Assembly (NCBI GenBank): GCA_013265495.1
Contig: MU058037.1
Location: 1,489,498 to 1,553,497, forward strand
Reading direction: 5' to 3'
From: Vicugna vicugna
Lineage: Eukaryota
DNA: 64,000 nt
A program made the position numbers and the translations under genes. This document shows positions 25,041-38,842 of this stretch, piece by piece (the stretch's first letter is position 1; every line of letters starts with the position of its first letter). A model generated the notes under the pieces. That model worked only from the letters and a program-made list of their open reading frames with translations. It ran no database searches and was not told the DNA's origin.

Positions 25041-26723
25041 CACGGAACCAATGTGGAAACTCCAAAAAAGGGTCCAACGGAGAGTTTAGACATCTGATTT
25101 GAGTTAATCAGTATACCCGAGTAACCAGAACATATTTTCCCCAACTATATTGTTTAAGGAATGAGTGAAATCAGAAATAGCTCTAAAAGTAATCTCACCT
25201 GATTTTAACCAGTTTTATAAATTTTGCACAAGTGATAAACACCTTAAAATGAACACAGAGTATCTTGTGCTACCTCTCAAAGAATCATTTTAATATTATC
25301 AATTGGTTACTAGGGGAAATTATTGGTATAAGCAAAGAGGGTGCATGTTTTGAATTATTTGTTCTGTATCATGTTATCAGAAAGACCTTTCTTATTTTTC
25401 AAAGATAATTTACAAATTCTTGTTGTAATGTAGATTTATGGAAGAGCCAGATATACTCTTAACATATTACCTGGCATGTAGTAAACAAACAATAAGTGTC
25501 TGTTGAATGAATGAATACATGCTTAGAACTAATTAGACTATATACTGATATAGCAAATTAAAAGTACAATATGGAGGCTCAGTTTACATCTTAGTAGGCT
25601 AAATAAATCTAGAAATTGAAATATTAGGGAATGACTAAGAATGCTAAAGAATTTATAAGTGTGAAAATGAATCTACAATTTCTGTGAAATAACCTAGAAA
25701 GTTGATTTTATTGACATACTCCATGTTCGTAATAGAAACAAACATATATGAAATTTTCTTATTACATACCTGAGACAAGAACCTTTTAGAAGTTTTCAAG
25801 GATGAGGTTTAAATATTAAAATAATTTTAATGACCAACTCTCACTTATATATTTAAAATATATAGTAATAGGTACTTTTTTCTTATTGGATGACATATTA
25901 ATGTATTTTTGCATTAAAGGAAAAATTTCAGAGTGTAATAGATTGAGCTATTAAGACCAAATATTAGGGCTCAGGTGCCTATGGCTAAACATAAGAAAGT
26001 CTAGGAGACCAGAAGAATGGAACTAGTGAGAACAATGGAAAAAGGAAGTAATGGAGATGGTTTAGTAGACAGTTTAAAGCCAAAGCCACAGGTAAAAAAC
26101 TCTGAGCACCAGACACCCATCTCTGAGTTCTACATCCTGGCTTCTGAAGGCTAGACTTGCTATGTTTTTTAGCCAGTTGGCTCTGGCTTAGCTGTTTTCA
26201 TCACAGAGCTTTGGGATAAGTTGACATTATTGGAAGATTCCCATAAAGAAGGGTGGGCAAAAGTGATCCAGAACTAAAGACATTAGGCAGGTAGGCAAGG
26301 AGCTTCTGACACATGAGTATGAGTGTGTGTGTGGGGAGTGTAGGCGTTCATTTTTAGCCGTTGTCATTTCTTTCCTCTCACATTTCTCCTTCTACCATTT
26401 TTGAAATGGTCAACAGGTAACTGCTGCTGTTTTCTAGGGTGATATATGCTGGGACTGGGGCTGGGTTCTGAGGTTAGTGATCTCACGAGACTGCTGCTTA
26501 TACTATAAACTAAGGTTACAATATGAAAATTTCTGAGGCAATTCTCTTACTGAAAGCCAACTAAATCATACTTTACCTCTCTACTTGCATTGAGTATCAG
26601 GAAAAAGATACATGAAAAAAACTAATTAATACAAGAATTTTTAAAGCCTTAACTTTTAACAAAAGTTACCTCTGAAGAGTAAGAAGGAGAGAAGGTTGCT
26701 TTTTACTTTCATCATCATTTTAT

Positions 26724-26771
26724 ATATGTATGTTTGTATGTATGTATGTATGTATGTATGTATGTATGTAT
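26724..26771. repeat. (TATG)n microsatellite
   Basis: About 11-12 units with one interruption; explains the YVCM repeats in ORF 26696..26986. Confidence 0.95.
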
Positions 26772-27792
26772 TTGGCAAGTTTGTCAATAAGCAAGTTACC
26801 ACTTTTCAGTTAAGTAATAAAAACATGTATGGAAATTTAAAAACTTCCAAAGTGTATTTTATGGTGCAATGCTATTACGTCTTAATCTACTATCTTCCAG
26901 TAGTTGGTAACCATAGGAGGAAGATTTCATATGTAGAGGGAGAAAAAGGAGACTCCCTTATGACAGGGTCTCATAAAATAAGCTAGAAGTAACTCCACTG
27001 AGAAACTGGCCACCACTGATCTGAAGAAATTGTTCTGCTTTTTTGATGTGTGAAAATAGTAACAAGTAGCAGTGTGGTTGAAACTACTTATCTTTCTTGG
27101 TAAAACAAATTGTAAATCATATCTTACCTATACTGGTGAGGGGCTGTCATCCTTCTATGTGAGCTTTAATTCTTATCTGTCCACATCTTCTGCTGGTATG
27201 ACGCTGCAACATCTAGAATTCATTCTTCCACCATTTGAATCTGGCTTTATTACTTACTATAACACATCTGAGACTATTTTCCTGGCTGATGCAGGCTATT
27301 GGTTATTCACTAAACTACAAGTTGCAATTTCAACACGTTTTACAAATGAATCAGGATGAAGCTAGGTGGTGGGTGACTTCTGAGGGGGCTGATCTTCCTT
27401 CTATAGGCAGCAGATTTTGGTAGGAAAATCATCTGTCTAGGGGTGCTGGAAGAACTGCTTATCTCACATGTCATATTCTTGTGGCCTTCATCTTTGAAAT
27501 GGGAGTAAAATAGGAAGAGAATGGATTCAGCATAGAGAAAGTGACTATAAATCAGTCATAAAATAAACAGCAGTAAATCTAGGTATTAGTATCCTAGCTT
27601 TGTGGTGCCCAGCATGAAGAAGGTATGCTGAACAAATGCAGTCCTGTCCTTCCCTTTATAAAATACCCAAAATGAAGAAAATTGCAATGTTTTGATTCCT
27701 GTCTCATGTCACATAATAAATAAAACAATAACCTTAGTTTTAACTACTATATAATAAAATGGAAAAGAATTGGTGATAAAAGGGTTTAGATT

Positions 27793-28100
27793 ATTCATTC
27801 ATTCACTCATTCATTCATCCAATAGTGCCTGGCCCATTATGGGCCATATACTCTTTTAGGCACTGGGTGTACAAGACAGGAATAAAATCCCTGCTCTTAA
27901 GAAACTTATACTCTGGTGGGTAGAGATGGAAAATAAATCAGTGAACAATATTTGATATTGTACTCATAGTGATAAAGCTGTGAAGAATATAAAACAGAGT
28001 AACATACCCAAGGATGAGTGGTGATGGTATGCTGGGGAAGGGCATCAGATTGGGTTTTCAGGGTAGGACTCTTTGAGGGGAAAATATGTGAACCCAAATG
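27793..28100 (-). mobile_element. L2 3' end
   Basis: (attc)n tail followed by taggcactggg...aaaatccctgctct...aacttatactctggtggg. Confidence 0.7.
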
Positions 28101-28529
28101 GAAAGACCTATAAACACATATTTCAGTAAACATATATAAGGTTATTGCTATTTGGAATACAAAGTTTCTTTTGAGTTCCCAAATATCCAAAGTCAAAAAG
28201 GAAAGGAATAGTGAGTGATAAGAATGTGAAATGAGGGACATTTCTATTTTAGCTCCCAGAGTACAGCTAATATATTGTGTTGAGATATACAAAATTGCTG
28301 ATATTTCATCATTTTGACCTACAAAAACAGCAATTCATATGGTTCAACTCAATAGCTGGAACTGTACAAAGTTAGGTCATGTAGTCAGATAAATGTTATT
28401 TAGTTAGGTTTGCCAAGACTAATTCACTATTTAAGTATTGTAATTGCCCTCTTTGCCTAAATCCAAATCTGCAATGAAATCTACATAAATTATATACTTA
28501 TAAAACTTTTATTGGATAACCTTACAGTG

Positions 28530-28750
28530 TGTCACAAATGGAAACTAAGTACTTTCTGGCATTACCTCATTTGATCCTCATACAACCTCCAAAGGTAGGT
28601 ACTGTTACCACATCAGTTAACAATGGAGACACTGAGGTCTAGAGGTGATAAATAACTTGATCAGTCACACCGCTTGGAAAGCAGTAGTCTGACAAAGCAA
28701 GGATGTGAATCGAGGAATGTCTCCGGAGACTGTATTCTAATCTCTGACCA
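28530..28750 (-). mobile_element. MIR SINE
   Basis: ctcatttgatcctcatacaacc...ggtaggtact...gacactgaggtctagagg. Confidence 0.7.
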
Positions 28751-29059
28751 CTTAGTGCTTATAGGAAAACATGATTATTCATTTCAAAAATCAATAATTA
28801 CACCTAATTTGCTATATTTTCAGGGCTATATAGTATTTATTCCCTTTCTGATATCTAACATTTCATTAGGGCCAAGATTTTTAATGATGTGATGTGATCT
28901 GGGGTACGTGTTTGCATATATACATTGAAAGAGTGAAACACTGATTGAACAAATATATTGAGGATATACACAATAGTAGAGAGGCTCACGTAGATAGTAA
29001 TGTTAAGCAGTTTGGCACATTTCTTTTCTTTATGATCTTACAAACAAATCAAGGTTAGT

Positions 29060-29380
29060 CTAAACTACTCATAGTCATTCCATTTGCCCTGCCATTTAGG
29101 CATGGCCTGTGATGCAACATTGGCCAGTGAAATCTGGGGCTAAGTCTACTGGAACAATCCAGGGAGTTTTCTTTGATTTTACAAAAAGGACTAAGAATAG
29201 GACCTAGTCTTCGGCTCTTTGGATACTATCTTATAAGAAGTGATGCTTGGAGCTGCTGGCATTATAGAAAAACTAACTAAATCCTGATACTGCAGAGCCA
29301 TGAAATTTATACCAGAACAACTCAACCTCTGAAGTTCCTGTAAGTTAAGATAATTAACTTTTCCTCATTATTTAGGCCAA
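29060..29380 (+). mobile_element. Degraded MLT1-type (MaLR) LTR fragment
   Basis: Motifs ggcatggcctgtga...tggccagtgaaat, gtgatgcttggagctgctg and ttatttaggcca. Confidence 0.55.
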
Positions 29381-32300
29381 AAACCGAGGGAGGTGTGATT
29401 AAAAATCCAAACTATAACCAGTATCAGAATTATAGCTACATTCCACTTTCTATCCAATCTTTAGTGTTTTATGTCTCCCTAATAGTCTTTCTTCAAAATC
29501 AGACAATAAGGCAGTAAGAGAATATTTGTTTACTACTTTCCAGATATACTTGTTACATAACCAGCCAAGAATGTTGTCCTTAAACTTCACAAAAGTGACA
29601 TATTTAAGGTTCTCTGCTATTCCTTCTCTGACTTCAGTGCATGTCTTTTTATTCACATTGCGTATATATCTTTTCCATCTATTCTCCTTAGACCTGAACT
29701 ATAATTTGATATTATTGATGATTATGCTCTTCTAAATTATTTGTGTTTGAGCATAAGTTATCTTGACAATAAATAAAACAGTACAAAGTGCTGCCACATT
29801 TTTCTTTGTTTTCAACTTGCTCCTTTTTTTCCTTTAACACATTTAGTATTCTGCGAATATCTTCCCCTTGCCCACACACTTCCTACCTGAATGTTCTTAA
29901 AAATAAAATTCATGGCTTTTAGAAACTCTTCAGGAAATTACTCTAGGACCCTTAAAATGATTGAAGAGGATTAATCTATCTCCTGCACGATATTGGTAGT
30001 CATTATCTTGCCTCTCTGCCTAGATAATTTAAGATACTAGGCCACTGAGCTGCATATTTTGTGCAGCTCTTAAGTTACCAACGGTGTGCAAAAGATGGTA
30101 GATTTTAAAAAATAACTTCAAAACACATTTCTTGGCAGATCGCATTTTGAAATTATCAATAAGTATCTTGGCCAGATAACCTGATGCATATTGTAGCTAC
30201 TAGGTGACATTTTAGCCACCCCATCTGCAGCCTCCTAAAAAAACCCCTAAGTTTTGCTTTAGATTTGTAAGACCAAGCAAATAAAGGTGTAAATTAAGTA
30301 AGAATACTGACAGGCTATCTCTAAGACAATGAAAAAGAGCACATTGTAACTTCATTGAGTACCTGGAGGCACCAAGAATGTCTGCCAAAAGGGAAATCAG
30401 CAGGATTAAGGGATAAAGCTTTCAAAAACCTCATCTACATTGCCTAGCATGGCAAAGGAAAGAGCTATTAGAAGCAGAACTTCAAGCTGCATTAACCAAA
30501 ACCATATTTTAGTCTTACGGCTGATGATTTCTGAATAAAGAATAAATACAGTATCTTTATATTTTGTCCCACACTTTTCATGATCTACACTCCTTGAAAG
30601 TTGCATAGGCTGACATAATTTATAATTTAATTTCACTGAGGTATTATTATAAGGCTCACACCTCAGTAAGCTTCGAAACTGCTAATTGGGATAATAGGAA
30701 ATTACTTGTCTTCTCCCAAATGCCAGTGAAGTAGGTCAGGATAATTAACATGCAAGCTGACTTTTCAGTCAAAGGAAAACAAGACAGGTCTCATCTGTGT
30801 ACTTTCAGTATCATCCATTTTAGACCCAAATGAGTTCAGCCTGAGAAAAATCACAGTATGACTCAGTTAAATAACAGAAATTTCAAAATAAGACAAAAGG
30901 TAGTTCAGCCATGAGAACATAGATTGAAGTATGCTCAAAAGAAGACCAAATTTACACCTCATATGCAGGGCCAAATTGCACATGTACAAAGAAAGTGAAA
31001 AAACATCTATGTCACAGATTTAGGTACATCTTGCTCCCTAGAGTGCTCTGTAAACTCATAAGCACTATATACAATATAGATATCATGAAAGGGGTTTGGT
31101 TGATGATGACATAATTCTTCACCCTTAAAGCAGGAGATAGGCTATATTTTCATATTTTCTCCCACTGTTCCATCTGTTCACATGCCTGATACTTCCTATT
31201 TTTAATTTCTTGGCAAACTGAGAAAAATGTTTGAAGCTACAGACGTGAAACTTATTTCCTCTACAGGTCTGTACCTGATTGGCAAAAATTCATTTTAGTA
31301 GGTCACACTGCATGCTGGCCTTGAGCAGGACACACAGTAACACACTGCTGCCAGACTTTGATTCTAACAAATACGGCAGCCTGCTGACCCGAGCAGCAGC
31401 ATGGGGAGCGCTCCGTGTCGAGGGCACTCTGTAAGTCTGGGGCTGATGGGATAGCCACAGCTTCCTACTCGTGTGTAACTTTTGCTCTGTTGACATAACA
31501 CCAAGAAGCTTGATTTGAATAAGCAGCCTGGAATACTTATCCCTAATGGCCAACAGGGCAGTCATGAACAAGACACGCCTTCATTAGACCTTGAAGATTC
31601 TTTTGAAAACACTGATTTTAGAGCTGATGTTTCCAAAATGAAGTGTTCATCAAATTGCACATTCCTAAATATTAGAAACAGTAATGCAGAAAACCCATCA
31701 TTAGGAAGGCAAACATACATTCCATTAAGTCAGAAGCATCTTCTAGGCAAGCATGAAACGCACTGCTCTGTTGAGAATGGTTTAAAGGACACTAATACAT
31801 CAAGTGGCAAGATTAATGGAAAAATACCCAGAAAGAAATGGGGTCCTGAAAGATAGTGCATGGCCACCGTTAGTGAAACAGATCCGACTGAAACAGTGTG
31901 AACTGCCCCACAATATTGAACCATAAAGACAAAATGTGCAATACCAAGTTCACCGACACACTTCCTAGGGCTGTTCTGCCTTATCGCAATTATTCCACAA
32001 AGAGTCTGCTGAACAAGATGGAAAGTACTAAATAACTGTCCACTTGTCTCACTTGGGAACCTGAAGGAAAAAGCCACCGATTTAGGAGTGTACCTGTATG
32101 GCTAAAAATACATCCAATCAACAAAACAGAAAAAACAGACACTCAAGGAAACAATAATCGAAAGCCATCTAACTAGAGATGCTCTGTGGGTTACTGGAGC
32201 CTGAAGGAAGGGTGAGTCCAGGTCCGAGGACACATGTTCTTCTTTCTAGTCCTCCCTACACAACGACCAGGAGGAACTGCTAAGTATCCAGCTTAAGTGA

Positions 32301-34006
32301 AAAAGACAACTTCAATGACTTCTGCCCATGGCAATGACGGAATGTGTTCTGAACAGGATTCTCTATTTCAGAGGGTTGTGCCTAATTTCAACACAATTTA
32401 TTTTAAAATGGCAGAGATGTTTGTAGAATACAGAATAAACCTCACAAACTTAGAGCAGCTGTGCAGCACTTGAATGACAATCAAAATGAGGTTTCTTTAG
32501 GGTTAGTTAGGTTTTAGAAAATAATTTATTAATCATCTTAAGATTAAAAATGTATTATTGTGCTTTCCAGAACTCCTACAGAGGCCTAACACAGCTCCTA
32601 GATCTTTCCTCCACAAGACACTTCAATAATCTCTAATAAATACGAATGTTGCAAGGGCTTGGCAGGTAATCACCTTTCCTGAACCAACAGTATACCTTTT
32701 ATAATGTCGCTCATGGAGATCATGGCTAAAATATACTTTACATGGAAACTGCTTTAATATATGAATTTTATTATAAGCAACTCATATTTTGATAGTAGAA
32801 GAGGCTCACTGTATTTTCTTGTTAATAATCTCTGAAGTAACCTACATTTTAAATCAGCCAAGCTAGACATTGCTATGAGGTCCCTGATCTGCTGGTAACC
32901 TATAAGCTTTGAGTTGTTTTTTCAGTTGTGAAGAAGAACTTACACTAATATATCCTTTAATCAAAGTCTCATATACTCCGTGAAATGGGCTGAAGGATAC
33001 AGTCCGTATTCTTTAAAAAGAGAAGTCTAATGCCCTAGTGGGACCAAACAGTAACTGTGGTTTCATCAGCACTGGCTTGGGTCACCTGCACTAACTGACC
33101 CACACTTCATTTTGAATAAAGAGATGCAAATGATTTTATATGATTTCTTCTATATGATTTTTTGGGTATTTTACATTCAAGTCTTTTGGCCAGAGCTAGA
33201 TTTTTTCTGAGTAAAATAACTGAGTTATAACCTTTCCCTTAAATGAGCCTGGGTTTCTGGACTGGTGTATCACATTAGTTATAAACAGAAGTTTGATATG
33301 GCACACTGGATAAATAACTTGATAACTAGTAAGCATATTCTTAATGCCAACAAGACAGAGGGTTACTTAGTTGACTTGTTTCTCTCAAGAGCAGATTCAC
33401 ATAAACTGACTTTTGCAATCAACATACATAGCAAGAAAGTAAACGGACGCTTTTGGCAAACTGGTTTCTAGAAACAGATTCTGCTATTTGGAGTTGATAG
33501 AAACGCTGTGTAAAATTTTTTTTGGGAAAAATTCTTCGGGATTTTTCCTTTCAATCTTCTAATAGGGAAAAGGGAATTGTATGTGTGTGTGTATGTGTAT
33601 TCACCTACTTATTCAATTAAGGTTCTGCTTACACCTTGCTTAAAGCATTTATAGTTTCTTAACCCAAACTCAGGGGGCAACAACTGTGGACGAAAGGGAT
33701 GATGCATGCACTTGAGAAGAAAGTGGATTAAGAGGAGGAAAAAACCAAATGAATACCATTAACTTTGCAAGGCAAATGGGTAATTAAAGAAAAAAACTAT
33801 CTGCTCTAGTTGTGGGTGTCCTGGGATAAAGGCTTCATTATTCATCTTTCTTTCTCCCCAAGTTACTCAAGTTCTGAAAGTAGGACACCAAGGGATACCT
33901 AACTTCCTATGTAACAAGACCATTATTTTAAGAAAAAGGGGAAACAAAATTCTACTCTGTTAAAATAAGAAGTTTGAAAAGGTTAGGACTCCGTGTATAC
34001 AGGCTA

Positions 34007-34651
<645 letters not shown>

Positions 34652-35904
34652 TCACCAGGTAACATTTACTACTCGAGTTAATGACTAGTCAAGTTTTCAG
34701 ACATACCAAAGTTAGGCCCCAGCTGACATTTTAAAAGACTCAGACGTGGATGACTGAAATGCTATACTGGGTTCTCATGAAAAATCTGACATACTAATGC
34801 TAACTTTTACAACAATCAAAGTATAAGAAAATGCGAATGTCTATGTAAGAAATATTCAGCAACTAGAAAAAAACCCCAAAGTTTTAAAATCTCTATGCAT
34901 TTGAAATTCTGAAGAATTGTTGCCAAACACATATTTCCAGATTTTATGGACTTTGGGGATGAGAGCAAGGCTTTTGGATGTGAAAACAAGGTGCCTATAA
35001 TGGGACAGAAAGCTTCCTCTTCTTCACAGGTGAATGATTGCTCTTATGGTGTCAAGGAAAAGCTTTCTTATAGTCTTGTCAATTCTGTGGCACTTTCTAG
35101 AGAGTTAAAAATGTAGGATATGATTACACCCTGATGAGGATTAGCATTTGCCTTGGGCACAGGCACTTCACGTCACATAAACACAAAAGGAAAATGGAAT
35201 ATTTTTATCCTTGGAATTTATAGTTTGGGAATGAATATATGTTACAGCACAGAGCACAACCAAGGAAAAGGACTGGTATCAAGTGGATGCTGTAAAAGAC
35301 TTGCAGGCACCCCTACCGGGACAAGCCTTACTCGAGCTCTGTAGGCTCACAGACCAGCCCAAGCCTCCTCTTGGCAGGAGCCAGATTTGTTAAATGTGAT
35401 CATTGCAAATTGGGCTGAGGCTGTGGCCAGGAACAAACAGCCTGACTAAGGTGAAAGTGCATTTGCCCCTATGGGTAAAGGAAAATTTAAGTGGCATGTT
35501 CTGTGGGCAGTTTTTCTTCCCATATGCTAATAAAAATGCAAAGAGTTTCCTTCTTGAAATTTGCAAGTTGCTATGATTAAAGAGCAGTTCAGTCAAGCTG
35601 CAGTTTCTCTTCCTTCTACTTTTATAAATATTTTGAAAGAATTATTCGGACTCTGATGTTTTAGGGAAAGCGGGAAAATATGACATAAACTATATCTTGT
35701 TACTGACTTCATTATTTCATTTCTATAGTTCATCCTTGCATTCTGCTTTACTTGGTACACTGTAGCATTTATTAAGTAAATGTACATATAAGTAGGAACA
35801 ATTCTGTATTTTTTTCTACTTCTCTCCCGTTTTCCTTAGGTAAGAGATATATCATCAAACATTTTAATTAAAAATGTGACTTCCCTTTTAGTCATTAGCC
35901 AAAA

Positions 35905-36050
35905 GTATTCATTCATTTACTTCATTTATTTATTTCAGAAATACTTACTGAGCACTTAATAAGTGAGTGCCAGTGCTGTGCTAGGCCATGGGGATGTGCA
36001 GATGAACAGAACAGGGTCCCTGTTCTCAAAAAGTTCACAGGACAGTCCAA
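35905..36050 (-). mobile_element. L2 3' end
   Basis: attcattcattt...aatacttactgagcactt...gtgccagtgctgtgctagg...ggtccctgttctca. Confidence 0.7.
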
Positions 36051-36084
36051 TGAGCTGTTCACAGTCTCAAATATTGTGATTTAA

Positions 36085-36160
36085 TATGCCTGAGCATCTG
36101 CATTTCTAAAACACTCCAGAGGTGATTCTCATGCACAGCCAAGGTTAAGAAGTGGCCTAG
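36085..36160. mobile_element. MER5 fragment
   Basis: gcctgagcatctgcatttctaaaacactccagaggtgattctcatgcac. Confidence 0.55.
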
Positions 36161-36315
36161 AATTGTATCGACATCTTGCAGAGCACTTTTCTTGTTAAAA
36201 ATCCCCTGGAGTAATATGGAGGTAGAATTAGGTTGGCTGTTACTGTCACCTAAATCCAGCTTCCATTTCTTATGTGGAAGACTCAGTCCCAAGATAGGCC
36301 GAATTGACTCTTAAG

Positions 36316-36438
36316 GTACTGCGACCATGCAATGGATTGCTTAAACTGGGACAGTATTGAGACACTTTTGGTAATTCTCATGGGAAATAGGCATAAAGTG
36401 GGATAGTACCAAGCAAACCAGGACAGTTGTTTACTCTA
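36316..36438. mobile_element. MER94/MER81-like hAT-Blackjack element
   Basis: Repeated aaactgggaca / aaaccaggaca motifs with a degenerate ...actcta end. Confidence 0.5.
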
Positions 36439-36912
36439 TTAAGAGATCAAAGTACAGTCTATACACAGAATAATTTATGTAGGTTTAAGAAGTCTTAAGA
36501 GCACCACATAAACACATACACATTAAACCAGACCTCGTGACTGTCTAAAAAGCTACATGCCAAAACATGTTCAATACAGATTTAACATTAATTTTTATGA
36601 GTTGCTACTAGAAGACGTAGGAGTGAAGTTTATTAGTGTAGAATAGATAAGGTCAATTTATACATCTTTTCCTAAGAAAAAATTTTTTGTTGTTGATATT
36701 TCCATGAAGGCTACTCTGACACAAATGGTATGTTTTCTTATTAAAACTGGTAAGATATTTATTATGTGTAGAATCTGTGGTGACTGTTTCTCCTGATTAA
36801 ATATTCTTTGTATACTTAAAATTTTCCCTCTTATTGCTTTTAGACTCCCTATTTTCTTTCCCTCTGAAAAACCCAAAGTCTGCCATGCAATTCACTACAT
36901 ATTTTTTTTTTA

Positions 36913-37107
<195 letters not shown>

Positions 37108-38614
37108 TCAACATTCTATTAAAAGTTTCTAGCCATTTTTTTCAGGAACACACACTATCAGCTAACAAAAGGAAGTTTAAATTCCATGCATATGCCCTGC
37201 TCCCCAGCACTCCCTACCCTAGGCCCACCAACTTTTATTTTCAGCTGGGTTTTGAGGAGGAAGGAGGAGTACAATCACCTAACTCCAACCTCCTTTTAAA
37301 GCAAGCAATTACACATAGCCGCAGTTTTTTAAAGAGTTAAGACACTGCATAAGTCAAATCAGGTTTAGGGTAATCTTAGATTCCAGATCAAACTACTTGA
37401 AGCTTCAATTAATGAATGATGTCACATGATATCTCTTAAAGGTATATCATTTTATCCTAAAGATGAACATTCAAAGAAGAACTATATACATTGCTGTGGA
37501 TCTCTACAGATACAAACAGCTCCAAAAATAATGTTCTCAGTTCTCTTCTCTGGCTTCAGTTCACTGGTTACCTAACAATCACTGTTTCCAGAGTCATGCT
37601 GACATGATTCTCTATAACACCATACTCCCACCTCTACTTCGAAACACATGGCAAACCCTGATTCTTGCCAAATGCAAAAGGGCAAATCTGCTGATGTGGG
37701 CTGTAAGTTCCAAACTTCTAGAACTACTTAAAAGGGTAGAAAATGTAAGCCGCTAGACAAAGTGACTTGGCAGACCTCAGGCAAGAGGGAAGGGGAAAAA
37801 CTCTGAGAGATATATTAGTTGAGTAAGTAAAATACAGCACAAAGGTCAATAATCAGAATCTGTTCTACTAATATCTCAACTGCCCTGTAACTGCTGGGTT
37901 AATTCTTTATGTGATTTACAGGGAAAAACCAAGAAGCGATACCCATCTGAATTTCAGATGATAAAAGAAGAGAAAAGGTATCAAAACAGAAGGTTCCTTA
38001 CTCTTATGAAAATCTAAATCATCAAAGAACCATCAGAAGGCTTAACTGATACTCAGATTTAGGTAAAAAATTATGGCACATATTTTTATAGGAACCCCTC
38101 TCCTCCCAGGAATTCCCATATTGTAATATTTTTATATATTTTCCTTGTAGTGCTGATTAATATTACTAAGTACAGCTAACATTTATTGAGTATTTACCAT
38201 GTGTCAAAGAGAGAGCAGAAGAGCTGGGATTTGAACTAAGAAATTGCCTTGCTCTAAAACTCGAAGGGTTAAGTCACTGGGACTCTTTTGTATGACTTGG
38301 TGGGAGAGTTTAATGTGACATATATTCACGATCCTTCGAGCACCCCCTCCTCCTGCTGCCCTATAACTCTGGCTACTGTGAACAGAAATTTTTTAGTAAT
38401 GGAGATTATTATATTTGGGCCTCAAAATACAAGGTCTCTGAAAATTCTACTCTTTAATTATTCCCCTTGACTAAAAGATAAGCAAAGACTAGTTAACTTA
38501 AATTTGATATGTGGTTTTCACATTGGGTCACACCGGTGACGGGCAGTATACTAAATCTCCCCTCAAATATGAATTGACACAGTTGCCCAGAAATAGATCC
38601 AGTAAACACTGGTG

Positions 38615-38842
38615 GGAAGAACATGAGCTATATACTCCGGCAAATGTAGGTTCAATGCTCAGCTGTACCAATTACCATTTCTGTGCTCTTGCGATGGTTA
38701 CTTAAGCTCTCTGAGTCTGTTTTGTCATCTGTAAGTAAGAGGGGGCTAATAATAACTGCCTTTCAGAGTGTGTGAGGGGTACTAAATAAGGTAATATATT
38801 CTCAAGCAGCTTGCACCTTGAAAGCACTCAATAAATATTAGG
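38615..38842 (+). mobile_element. MIR SINE
   Basis: gttacttaagctctctgagtctgttttgtcatctgtaa...gcactcaataaatatt. Confidence 0.75.
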
